Shown here piece after piece: positions 51,771-64,000 of a stretch of 64,000 nt of DNA (within the stretch, counting starts at the first letter, position 1; every line of letters starts with the position of its first letter). The position numbers and the translations under genes were made by a program. This DNA comes from Camelus ferus (lineage: Eukaryota). The stretch lies in the NCBI RefSeq assembly GCF_009834535.1, contig NC_045697.1:59460001-59524000 (forward strand), in the 5' to 3' direction. The notes under the pieces are model-generated. The model was not told the origin of the DNA. It saw only the letters and a program-made list of their open reading frames with translations, and ran no database searches.

Positions 51771-53639
51771 ATGTCTGTGTTGGCAACAAACATGCCTGAA
51801 TCACGGATCATGGGTTAAGCCAGTGTGATGCCACTTTCTGCCTTCCTGCAGTGAGGTACACACCAAGCTTTATCACCAGCTCCAGGGTCCTGATTGGTGG
51901 CCTAGAGATACATAGTGGCCTGATGCTGGGCACTTTAAATAGCCAGGATGCATTTCTTTTAGTCATAAGTATATTACAGAACACCTGGAATATCTCTTCG
52001 CGTTTCAAACAAAGGACTTTTAGATACAGTTAGCACTTTTTTCTTTAGTTAAAATATTGATCAGAACACAGAGCCTTGAGTTCTACTTTGCACATTGAGA
52101 GGAAGACAAAACCAACATCTCGTTCCAAGTTTTAGGACCTTATCCCAACAGATAGTGCCTTGAAGGTAGAAGTGATTTACACTCTGTCTTGGGGGATAGA
52201 GCAGTGCCTAGTGCTTCTGAAAAGTAATTAGCAATTTCCTCCTCTACATCCCTCTAACAACACATTCATATTGCCATCTATTCATTAAATCAACAAATAT
52301 TCATTGAGCCCCTAAAATAAGGCAAGCATTACAGCATATGGGGTATAGTAGTGACCAAAACAGACAAAGTTTCTGCCTGCATGGGGTTTAAGTTTTATTT
52401 TATCCCAAAACAAACATGTATAGAGCATGTTTTAATGCTTTATTAGGACATATGACTTTATTCAGCTGTGATGCCGTAAAAGACAAGGACATCACAAACT
52501 GTCACATTCTTTTATACAGTCTGAACATCAATGAACACGTGGTCAAAAGTAATTTGACCTCAGAGTATCAACTCTGAGAGTTTTAGTTTAACTTGTGCAC
52601 AGGAGCTAGTAAGCCAGCAGGACTTAGTCTGTTATTGCCATTCTCTTTGTTGATGTCACCAGGTGTACGACGGTAATGGATTAGAGTTAGGGAGCATCTG
52701 TCATTGAACTGAAGATTCTAATACCAATGGACAAGTGCTAGGAAGTGATCCTCAGGTCATCTGCTGACACGTGTGTCTCACAGTCACTGATGACAGAATG
52801 CTAGGCCATTGGCAAAGATTCTCACTGCTATCATTGGATCTCTACTCAGCGCAGTGACTGGGAGTGGTGCCACTCTGGAAAGGTCTTAAGTTTTCTTTCT
52901 TGATCAGTTAGGTTATGTTTCTTAGGCTTTTCTTTATTCCTTTCAGTGATTTTCCATCATTTGATCATTTATATGGTTAATGGTGATAGTGAACATGTGA
53001 GAGGGAGTCACATTCTGCTGCAGGAGCTATTTGACCTTGTGATTTTTGACCCTGTATTTTCTAGCATGCCAGACAGTCACATATAGTTCCATGAAAAGTA
53101 TTATAAAACATACATTTGCCCAGGGTGTGAAGTGAATTTTTATTCTCTGATCCCTGATGACAGGTGATGACCCTGTGCCTCCTTTGTTCCCAGTGACTGA
53201 ACTAAACTAGAAAAATGATCTTAGATTTTTAAACTCACCCTAGATTTGAGGAACCTTGTTGGGAGGAGGGAGGAGATGGGAAGGGAGGGGAGGAGAGCTC
53301 AGATTACAAAGGATGTCCTGGACCCATATCCCCAGCATATGGGATAAAAGGCCACTGGATGAGAGGGATATATGTAACAGTGAGATGCAGGTGATCAGTG
53401 TAAAATTTTGAGGTTTGTGATACTATTGAGCTGTCACAAAGGTGATAAGTCTGCTGACCAGAACAGAAGGGTTTGCGAAGTAGAAAAACAGTAATGGTGT
53501 GGAGGTTGGTAAGTCTTACTCCACGGCAACCAACAGTGTTGACCAGGAAGAGGACCAGGCCGTTAACTTGACTTTAAGCATGAGAATGACATCATCAGCA
53601 TTATGCTTTAAAAGTACTAGTTGTGCTTCAGAGTGAAGA

Positions 53640-53817
53640 CCAGATGTGTGCTAGTAAATCAACTTAAGTGTTTATTAATTTCTGTGATGCAAATACTTGC
53701 TCTGTGGCCAATTTAAAGCTACCAATGGTTTGACAATTCACTAAAAAAAAAAATCCCCATGTATTTAACTGTTGATTCTCATGAGTCAGTAAGAGCTGTC
53801 ACCAATACACTACTGGC
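53640..53817 (-). mobile_element. MER63-like hAT-Blackjack element
   Basis: tggccaatttaaagctaccaatggtttgacaa..tatttaactgttgattctcatgagtcagta..cactactgg. Confidence 0.7.
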
Positions 53818-53819
53818 TA

Positions 53820-54470
53820 AAGAGTGGGATTTTAATTATTATTGTTCTTGTTTCTTAAGACCTCAAGTTTAGATGTAGGACATCCAGGTAGAAGCCTGTT
53901 GCAGTCATTTAAACATGAGCATATGGATGATAGTAGATAAAGTAGTGTCATTTTAGGGAGAATAGGGAAGAATGTTTGGATCTAAAGCCAAAAGAAAATA
54001 TTTTAGAATAAATGCAATGAATTACGGAATAGAAGTGTTCAAGGATGACTTCAGGGTCAAAACTGAGTAATGGGGTAGATGGTGGTCCCATTCACTAAGA
54101 TAGGAAAGAGAAGAAAGATGGCTTACTAGGATTTAATAATCCAGTTTAAGATATGTTGAGCTTGAGATACTTAGAAACCTTCAAGGAGACTTGTTCCAGT
54201 GCAGAGTTGATGATAGAGCAGAGTCTCCAAAAAGATGAGTGATGAGGACACAGAGAACACAACAGGTAGATACTCTCTCATTGAAGGAGGAAAGTGTGGA
54301 TTCTAATAGATTTGTTCTTAGCCTGGAAGGAAGTTGAAACAGTGCTTAGCTGCTATCACTGATTGTTCAGTAAAGTAGGCCAAGGCTGAGGAATAAATAA
54401 TACAGAAGCTCTGAGAAGACATGTGAACATTTAGGGATATCTACTAAGGAGAATGAGTAGGAGAGATGTC
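53820..54470 (-). mobile_element. L2 fragments
   Basis: caaggatgacttcagg..gatggtggtcccattcactaagatagg..atgttgagcttgagatac. Confidence 0.65.
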
Positions 54471-54714
54471 TAAAAGTTTCCTAGGGAATATTAAAGACCT
54501 GAATGAAATTTATATTTGTATTGGTTTTGACTGAATGCTTTAAATAACTACATTCTTAATTAGAGTAATTCAAGATTATATATTAAATTATGTTGTTTTA
54601 TACTATCCTATATTATTAGTCTCTAAATCAAATCTTTCAGACAATTCTAATATAATCTCATGCTAAGAACAAACCATTCTGTATTCCAAAAGCAATTTTT
54701 TTTCCTATGAATAG

Positions 54715-55220
54715 TTTTTTTAAAAAAATTTGTCCAGATATAGTTGACATAATAGTTTCAGGTGTTGACCATAATTGATATTTGTATATATTGTGAAATG
54801 ATCACCACAATAAATCTAGTTAACATCCATCACCATACATAGTTACAAATTTTTTTCCTGTGATGAAAACTTTTAGAATTCACTCTGTTAGCAACTTTCA
54901 AGTATATAATACAGAATTATTAACTATACTCACCATGTTCTAAATCACATCTCCATGACTTATTTTATAGCTAGAAGTTTGTACTTTTTAACCCCTTTCA
55001 CCCTGCAAAAATTTGCACCCTTCATTTCCCTCTGGCAACCACCAAACTGTTCTCTGTATCCATGAGCTCAGTTTTTTTGGTTTATAAGTTTCACACTTAA
55101 ATGAGATCATATGGTATCTTTCTCTCTCTCTGATTCACCTAGCATAATACCCTTAAGTTCCATCCATGTTGTTGCAAATGGCAGGATTTCCTTCTTTTTT
55201 ATAGCTGAGTAATATTCCAG
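54715..55220 (-). mobile_element. L1MA8/9-like 3' end
   Basis: tgtgaaatgatcaccacaat..ttaacatccatcacc..tagcaactttcaagtatataataca..catccatgttgttgcaaatggcagg. Confidence 0.85.
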
Positions 55221-55934
55221 CAAACACATGTATGGTGCCTACCTTCTAAGAGTTTTATATATTACTCACTCATTTCATGCTCATAGCAGTCCTAATAGGC
55301 AAGTACTATAATTTTTTTTTATTTTGCAGATTAAAAAAAATCTAGTCTTAGAGGATTAGTAACTTCTCCAGTGTCATCTGACACAACCAATTACAACCAG
55401 TCTCACTGCCTCCCAAGCTGATGCTTCTAATTGCTTCCCCTGCCTCTCTGTGTAGACTATCTATAGATGCTGTTCACAGACATCAATTATTTTATCATTA
55501 TGTGAACTATATTAAGGATGTAAACCAAGAAAATGTAAACAAAAATAGGGAGGCAATAAGTTAGCCCCTCTTCTCACTTTCATTTATTGATACTTGAGGA
55601 AATAATAGTTCAACACAAGATATAATCACAGATAGCATAACCTTTAAGAATGCAAGAAACATCTTCTATGATGCTCTGTGTAGACGGTGTTTTACTCTCA
55701 TCAAAAGTTAAGAAAAATCTATAAATTCTCTTTCATCTCAGCATAGAAGTCATTCCCAGGCCATCACATACAACTATGGTGTTTAAGGGAATCCCTACAG
55801 CATCAACAGTAACATAAATAAAATGTTAGGGTTATAAGCGCACATGATGAAATCTATATTTTAAGGAATAGCTATTCTGTAATTACATAAATTGATATAG
55901 CTCTGAAATTAGCATGTCAGTATTCTTGTAAACA

Positions 55935-56014
55935 TATGATCGATCCAGTTGAAGTCAAATGCAAGAGAAAAATTTATGATCAATCCAGTTTAAGCAAAAT
56001 GCAACAGAAAAATT
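55935..56014 (+). repeat. Two-copy 40-bp tandem repeat (35/40 identical)
   Basis: tatgatcgatccagttgaagtcaaatgcaagagaaaaatt / tatgatcaatccagtttaagcaaaatgcaacagaaaaatt. Confidence 0.9.
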
Positions 56015-56794
56015 TAACATTTCCCTAATGACTCATGCATGTAAGTTTTACTAACACCTAAGAACAACGGATTTTATGTCATGCATATTTTGTGGTCTTT
56101 ATGAATATACTAATATTAAAATGAATTATTTGGATAATAAGTTATAATGACTCTTAATTTCAACTCATCAAGTAAAAATACATAACAAATATTTTTAAGT
56201 ATTTTAAATATTTTGATTTAAAAAATTTTTAAATATTTTAAATACTTTTAAATATTTTTAAAAAAGAAACATGCAGACCAAACTGACATCTATAGTTAAG
56301 ATTCTAGCAGCCAGAGAGCTGATCAAGTGAGTTGGAGTCCTCACAGAATATTTTTCTAAGTCTGGTTCACAAATCTCTGAAAAATTACAATAGCACTATA
56401 CTTTAAGTCATATTTTAAGTTATATTATTATATTTAAAAATTGTATTTGCCTTAGATTTAGTATATGATTATCTACACAATAGAGCTTTTGGTAAATCAG
56501 CCTATTTTTCTGTGATAGCACTGACTGCTGAGTACATCAGTTTTATTCTCACAACTATTTAAAAGCATCAATCCAAAGAACATCATGCTTTTAAAAATGG
56601 CCTGTGGCATCCCAAACTTATTTATATTGTATTAGCTGCTAATTCAGTAATGGGTCCCTTTTTTTGTTGATCTATAACATGAACAATGAGTTTGAACAAA
56701 ACTTTACATGGTGCTTACTTAAGGACGAGAATTTGGTATGTTTCTAAAGAGTTTCCCTACTTCTATTTTTTCAGCACATTAACCCATACCATAC

Positions 56795-57720
56795 GTCAAT
56801 TTAGTTCAATAAACATTATTAAGGGTGTACTATGTGTCAAACAATGTTAATTGCTAGTGATAAAATTGCTGGGTGAGATATTATAAGAGTATATTTATTC
56901 CAGGAATTCACTTATTATAAGAAAAAGAGTATGAGGCAATCCATGGTAGAATGTACTCATTAAACACAGTTACTGGGCAACTACCATGTCCAGAGTCATA
57001 TACACAGTGTAGTGTCTGAACAATCAAATACTTAACCTTGAGAAAGTGAGGTGGTTTTCTTGGAGGTGACGTCTAAGCTAGGTGGTACTGCAGTGAAGGA
57101 AGAAGCATATACAAAGGTAGAGAGATGTGAAAGAGCAAAAGTCGGGCATAGTTAAGCAGTTTGATGTTGCTGAATTGTGGAGTATGAAAAGCAGAAAATG
57201 GATCAAGAGTCACATCATGAAGGGACATAAAATAGATAATCACTGTCTTCTGCTGTCTTACCTTCAGGTGTTCTCCTTTCCATATCAAATCCATCCTGAA
57301 TATTTACATATGGAAATAAAGATTTTTAAAAAATCTGATACTAGCCTATCTTTCCATCTTTGATAACTCATTATTTCACTCCAGGCAAATCTAGTATTTG
57401 CTCTTGTCCTAAAAATATTTGACACTCTCTCACTTTGCCTCTTTGTTCATGGTGTTCCTTGTGCCTGAGAACCTATGAATATTTGTCATGATTCCATCCC
57501 CGCTTGAAGCCATAGATCAAAAGGCACAAATGTAAGGGACGGGCAAAGATTTCCCAGCTGAGTATTACCTGTTGTCTTCCTGGAATCCCCCTGGGTTCTG
57601 ATAATTCAAGATACTATTTCATTTGGAAACCTCTCACAGCACTGAGCTTTTAATTTGTGTGTGTTTCTGCTTCTTACAAGCTTAAAAGTTCCTTTAACCA
57701 AGCAATGTGTCATTGATCTT
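56795..57720. mobile_element. L2 fragments in both orientations
   Basis: ttcaataaacattattaagggtgtactatgtgtca (antisense 3' end), then sense tgcctctttgttcatggtgttccttgtgcctg. Confidence 0.55.
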
Positions 57721-57739
57721 TTATTTCTTGCTTTAGAAA

Positions 57740-58140
57740 TAAAATCAATTAGAAAAGCATAGGATATAGTAAAAAACAAAACAAAAAAAAGAATCCCCCA
57801 AAGTAATGTCTCTACTCAATAGAAGCTTATTTCATGCCCATGGAAAAGTCCTGGGCAAGTGGACAGGTTAGCTGTGCAGCTCTCCTCTGCACTCAGGAAC
57901 CCAGGCTGTTAGACTCTGCAATTTGGAGCAAGTGTTTTCCAAAGCTAACACTGGCATTAATGTTCCAGCCAGCCAGAAGGGAGAATGGGCAGGGGATGTG
58001 AGGAAGTTTATGTACGACTGGCACGCCTCACTTATGTTCCTTTAGCTGTAGCTTAGTCATATGGCTACACTTAACAGAAAAAGAGTCATGCATTTCTAGT
58101 CCACATAATTTGAGTATGCAGCTACTCATCTCTGCCATAT
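57740..58140 (-). mobile_element. Old MLT1 (J/K-like) MaLR LTR
   Basis: aatagaagcttatttc..actcaggaacccaggctg..cttagtcatatggctacactta. Confidence 0.6.
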
Positions 58141-58169
58141 TGGGGAGTCATAAACCTTACATATAAAAA

Positions 58170-58380
58170 TATTAGCCAATATTTATAGAGCATTTACTAC
58201 ATCAGTTTTTCCTAAGTGACTTACAAGTATTAACTTATTTACAAAATCTTATACATGTAGATGCTCTCATATCTCTTATAGTTGAAGAGATTGAAACAGG
58301 CAGTTTAAAAAACTTTGCCAGGTCACATAGCTAGTATGTGGTAAAGCAAAGTGTTGATCCCAGAGTCTGTATGCCATAAT
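58170..58380 (-). mobile_element. MIR SINE
   Basis: atttatagagcatttactac..ccaggtcacatagctagtatgtgg. Confidence 0.8.
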
Positions 58381-59406
58381 GCCTTCAGGAGAGTAAACTC
58401 TCAATATATGATCACTGAACGAATACAATGTAGGTATTTCAAGTAAGTAATCATCTCTAGGAATCAAAGTTGAAACATTAACGTTTGCATTTCAGGTTCC
58501 ATATATACAGAATGGGGAAATGGTTTATTTGAGTGAAACTCGAGAAAATTGTTAGGGGTCTCCTTGCAAAATGTTTACGAAACACTTTTTAAAGGATACT
58601 GGAATGGTTTATAGAATCCTAATGAGTTTCATTATCAACATATTATATGGAAATATTAGGCAATAGGCTATTTTTCATATTTCATTGTTCACTATAATTC
58701 TTAATCAATAAATGAAAGTCTACAATAAATATAAAAGCAGTTCACCTACCCTTCATTTAAAACACTGCCTGGAGGTGATTGGTGTGCCAGACATCCTGGA
58801 GTCTGTGTATTGATAGCCGAGCCTCTGAGTAAGTCAATGGATTTGTGCCTTGAAACCAGTTCAAAAAGCATTTTACCAATTCACTGAAGAACACTGAAGG
58901 TAAAAGTGTAATGGAAAGGTCTTTAGTGAGTGAGATCATCCATTCTTGTGGTTTGTTTTTACTTTTTAATAAAAGGTAACCAATATGTCTTAACAGGTCA
59001 TCACTTTTTTAGTTTGCTTCAGACTTACACCCTATCCTGTGTGATCCCCTCTACCAAGAAAAGCTTTTATTGATTTCATTTTGAGCAGCCAACTGCAAAC
59101 TTGGAGTCTCTTGGCTCAATCAACCAATCCCAAAGCATTTTGCAAAGCATTAACCCTGAATGATTTTATGGGATGTTTCTTAAGTCTTCCCTTATTAACT
59201 GAGGGAAGTGTAGGTATTGCTTCATAGGCATGACTTAAATATTAAGCTTGTGCTTATGGATGGATATTTCTATTTATGAAGATATACAGTAGTGACTGCC
59301 ATCTTTTGACTTCCTAACAACTATACCACATACATTTTTTTTGCCTGTTACTATTTATAATTTCTTAGTATCTGTGAAATTGTATTTTTTTCATTTATGT
59401 ATGCAT

Positions 59407-59966
59407 ATTTTTTAATTGAAGTATGGTCAGTTTACAGTGTTGTATCAATTCTTGGTGTATAGCATAATGCTTCAGTCATACATGAATATACATATATGTG
59501 TTTTCATATTCTTTTTCACCATAAGTTAGTACAAGATATTGAATATAGTTCTCTGTGCTATACAGTAATAAACTCAAAATGGCTTAAAGACTTAAAGACA
59601 CTATAAATCTCCTAGAAGAAAACATAGGCAAAACATTATCTGACCTAAATCTTAGCAGGAAATAGAAATAAAAGTGAAAATAAATAAATGGGACCTAATT
59701 AAACTTACAAGCTTTTGCACAGCAAAGGAAACCATAAGCAAAACAAAAAGACAACCTACAGTATGGGAGAAAATGTTTACAAAAGATGAGACTGACAAGG
59801 GCTTAATTTCCAGACTATATAAACAGGTCATACAACTTAATGAAAAACATACAACCCAATCCAAAATTGGGCAGAAGACCTAGACTTGCAATTCTCCAAT
59901 TAAGACATACAAGTGGCCAATAGGCACATTAAAAAAATGTTCAATATTGCTAATTATTAGAGAAAT
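59407..59966. mobile_element. L1 with inversion: 3' end on minus (59407-59565), ORF2 piece on plus (59566-59966)
   Basis: ORF 59674-59883 [29 protein letters not shown]; antisense 3' UTR ttgaagtatggtcagtttaca..gtgctatacag. Confidence 0.92.
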
Positions 59967-59984
59967 ACCATATTATCTTGATAA

Positions 59985-60540
59985 TGATACTTCAGTTTCC
60001 ATCTGGGGTACCACTCATTCCTCCATCCTTGATTGAAGTAGGTTATTATCTTTTGAGTTTGTGCTATGCACATATCTGGATGGAGAATCACATTGTTTGA
60101 TTCAAAGATGGTCTAAGGGAATTCATAAGATTTGGACTAGGGGTACTGACACAGATGGACAAACTGTTTTCTGCTGAATTGAAGCTGGAAGAATGAAAAG
60201 CTGGCATTACTATAACCATCCCTCATTAACTTATCCATTAACTTAATTATTTACTTAACAAAATATTAACCAACACCTACCATGTGCCTAGCTCACGCAC
60301 TTGGGATGCAGAAGTGAACAAATTAGACAAAAATGCTGGTAAATTAGCTGTAAGAGTCAGCCTGAGAATGGAGCTAACACAGTTGAAGTAGAGCTGAGAA
60401 ATTTGAGGATTAGGGTTTGCCAACATTTTGTCCCAGGATCAAGCCTGCTTTAGAAGTTCACACTGGAAGGAAAATTCTATTTCACAAGCCAACACTTTTC
60501 CTTCTTAAGTTAGTGTAGGTTAAATCTGTCACCTGTACTC
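59985..60540 (+). mobile_element. Old MLT1 (K/L-like) LTR with a small inserted L2 piece
   Basis: agagtcagcctgagaatggagctaacacag..ggatcaagcctg..cacaagccaac..cttaagttagt. Confidence 0.5.
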
Positions 60541-60559
60541 AAATATTATTTATTTTGTT

Positions 60560-61900
60560 GGGTGATGCAATTAATATATGCTATTACAGAAAATAAATAG
60601 AAAAGTATAAAGTAAATAAAAATCACTTCTAACACTGCAATCAGCTGATATTCTGGTATATTTACTTCCAGGAAGTATATTTAGATAGATATTTATTTAT
60701 TTAATAAATAACTCCCTTTAAATGACTGATTTCTTTATTAAAATATTAAATGCTTATTTTTATCATGTACACCAATGTTTTGAGCATTTTTCTCTTTTTA
60801 TTATAAGAATATAAGGTCTTAATGCCCCCCCATCATTCTCTTAGATATAGCATAAAGTTCCCCTAGTGTCGAAATTTAAATCATTTCTAATTTTCATCAT
60901 TTTAAACAATACTACAATGTTCTTTCTTAAATCATTTATCTGCAGCTCTATTTAATAATAAAAATTTCCAGAAGCTCATTTTTAAAATGTGAAGATTATT
61001 TTGTCTTAAATTCATTTCATAGTTTATTACTGAAGATAAGAAAATTGTCTTTTGAAGTTTTTCTCAGTTTTACAGTGACATGCTTTCTTACTCACTTTGT
61101 ATTCTCTGCATAATTAACCTTTTGTCTCTCATGTTTACTGCCAATATTTCTCTCAATGTTTTGTCTTCAATCTGATATAAGAGGTTGTTGGCAAAAAAAT
61201 CTACATTTGCCTAGTGACAAACTTTACTTTTCTTTGTCATTTGTTGCAGTTGATGTTTGTTCAAAAAAGCCCATGCCCATCCTTAAATCATTTACATAAT
61301 GTTTAAATAGACCCTCGACAAATCCTTTAGTGTATATGATAATTGAGTTCTAAGTTTAGTTAAACAAACTGGAACTAAATTTGAATTATGATGTAAGGCA
61401 TAACTTGTGCTTTTTTATTTCTATTTTTCACAAAATCATTTGTTGCTTAACTTATATTTTCTTCACTGATTGTGATGATTTCTTTATTGTATAATTACTT
61501 AGATCTAATAAAATTTTTTCTGCCATTGATTCTGGCTTTTTGAACCTATTTACAGATTTTTCTCTAGTATGCTGTATTAATATCTAGAGATATATCTTAA
61601 TGTCTATATCACTTTTAAAAATATTTTCTATCTATTTTTAACCATTTATATTTAAAGGTGAACTTTAGAACCATATTTTTAAAGTTCCATAAAAATTCCC
61701 TTTGTACTTGGTATTTCTTGAATAGCATATGTCAGTTTAGAAAAATTTTCATACACACAGTGTTTCAGGAAAGATATCTCCATTTATTTATATCTTCTAT
61801 AGTATCTTTACATCCATATAAAAAATAGATGTATGTATTTAGTTTTCTTGTTAATATCCAACATAATTTTCTTTCCTCTCAGTAAGTATATAGTACAGAA
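60560..61900 (-). mobile_element. Highly diverged L1ME fragments
   Basis: T-rich antisense L1 motifs such as aactttagaaccat and tcttcactgattgtgatg. Confidence 0.5.
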
Positions 61901-62415
61901 AGAATATGGCCCTTTAGATATTTCACTTATTAGGAATTTTATACAGAAAATTAAGTGCTTAGAATGTGATTAGAAGGGCTAGAGGAGTGAGAATCAGGGG
62001 GACACCTGATTTCAAGAACACTCCCATGCCTGCCACCCAGACATCAAGAAACTGTTGCTACTTTTGTCTGCAACGAAACTGTAAAGATTTGGCCACTAGA
62101 CACAGAGTATGGCCACTAAAATTCTCTCTCAGTACTCATGTCACAATGATACTGCTTACAATCAGAAGGAACACCTGGAAAAGGGCTTGTGCTTGATTCC
62201 TGTCTTCTAAATCTGGTAGGAATGCAGTTAATTAGTGAAATCAATTTTGCCTCCAGAACCTTAGCTTCAAAGTAGACTAGGAAATGTAGTTTTTAGTTTG
62301 TGAGTGTCTATAGAATTGAGAGAGAGTCAATACATAAGATCAATCATAATGATCTTTCCCGTCACGCTTTTGACAAGTTGCTGCTGATGCATAGTGAATC
62401 TGTTCGCATATTTCT

Positions 62416-62998
62416 CTTTTTGTAGTTGAAGTATATCCAGTTTACAATGTTGTGTCAGTTTCTGGTGTGCAGCATAATAGTTCAGTCATACATATACATA
62501 CATATACTCATTTGCATATTCTTCATTATGGGTTACTACAAGAAATTGAATATAGTTTCCTGTGCTATACAGTATAGCTTGTTTATCTATTTTATATATA
62601 GTAGTTATTATCTGCAAATCCCAAACTCCCAATTTATCCTTTCCCACTCTCTTCCCTCCCTGGTAACCATAGTTTGTTTTCTGTGTCTGTGAGTGTGTTT
62701 TTGTTTTGTAAATAAGTTCATTTGTCTTTTTTTTTTTTCAGATTCCACATATAAGTGATATCATACATTATTTTTCTTTCTCTTTCTGGCTTACTTCACT
62801 TAGAATAATGATTTCCAGTCCATCCATGATGCTGCAAATGGCATTATTTTATTATTCTTTATGGCTGAGTAGTATTCCATTGTATATAGCAGCATTATTT
62901 ACGATAGCTAAAACAAGTATATAGCAGCATTATTTACGATAGCTAAAACAAGAAAACAGCCTAAATGTCCATTGACAGATGACTGGATAAAGATGTCA
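62416..62998. mobile_element. L1 with inversion: 3' end on minus (62416-62881), short forward piece (62882-62993), TSD present
   Basis: Antisense 3' UTR, then sense gcagcattatttacgatagc..cctaaatgtccattgacagatgactggataaaga; TSD ttcgcatatttct / tttgcatatttct. Confidence 0.93.
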
Positions 62999-64000
62999 TT
63001 TGCATATTTCTTATATTGACTCTTGTTTTAATTCAAGTTGGTTTATGCAACACTATTAACAAAAATAATATAACTTGTAATTAATGAAAGAGTACTTGCA
63101 CATGAAACCTACCAAGTTTAGATAGTTATAATTTAGATTATAAATATGTAATTTATATTAACAAAGCATGGCAAATTATAACATCAGAAATGTAAGAGTG
63201 AAGTCAAAATGGGATTCATTATTGGTAGCTGATAGATTTCATGCGCTTTTTCATGTTTCTTTCCTTCCTGATCTAAAAACCATTAATTCATATTCTTGAC
63301 TGTATAGTACATAAGGGGACTTTTGTTGTTTTTCATTTGCTGGTTTATTTTACGGTGAATCTTGAATGATAACAATAATGAATTTGATAATGTTTTTCCT
63401 ACACATTGATGTGATATTCAGAAACCATATTATCTTTTATTGTCAATACAATGAATACCCTAAAATGTGACCAGGTTACACAATTCTGCTTCAGCAAATG
63501 ACTGACTTGTAGGGGATTTACTCAAGTAAGCATTAAAATGTTTTCAAATTAGTATTTTGTTAATTAAAAATAAGAAAAACATCTTTTTTGAGAAGGCTTT
63601 TATTTTTCAAGCTAACAGATAAGATAAAAGTTAGAAAAAATACTGTGATAGAGCATTGGTCCTATCACTTTCATACTTTTACATTTAAAAATACACATTT
63701 TAAAAATGAGTGTTACAAAGAAGCCTTCTATCCTGATGTTTATTATTGACCATTCTTTATAGCAGTTGGGATGGGAGAAGGAATTAAGAGCCTGCTATTA
63801 CCAGTCATCTCCCTGGTTTTCTATTATATCTCTGCTTTCAACTCACACTGTAGTCAACAAAAAAAGTAATGATGGCACCAACTATCAACTTAAAAGGATT
63901 TCCTTTTATGAAAATACCTCTATTCTTAGTGTGTCATTTTATTTTGTAATATTTATGTGAGTAATGCAAGTAATATTTGGATACGATTCAGCATTCTCTA

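Overview
AT-rich, CpG-depleted placental-mammal genomic DNA, read as intergenic or large-intron sequence. It is probably camelid: it has a tRNA-Ala-like SINE and cetartiodactyl-type L1 3' ends, and I saw no Alu, Bov-tA/BovB, PRE-1 or carnivore SINEs. No intact, recognisable host protein-coding gene is present, and the only identifiable ORFs are LINE-1 ORF2 fragments. Much of the window is interspersed repeat (L1/HAL1, L2, MIR, MaLR/ERVL LTRs, hAT/Tigger MER elements, microsatellites). Best-supported observations: three L1 insertions with twin-priming-type inversions, a nested L1 insertion with a possible 3' transduction (6075-7347), two independent very young L1 stubs about 20 bp apart with their own TSDs (35986-36417), and motif-dense repeat-free enhancer candidates (17.6-18.9 kb; nuclear-receptor half-site clusters at 51.0-51.8 and 52.5-53.2 kb). 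The most speculative lead is three phase-0 exon-like segments on the minus strand at 149-1515 that could be a degraded helical-cytokine-like gene. Repeat families were assigned from remembered consensus sequences, and boundaries of ancient repeats are approximate.
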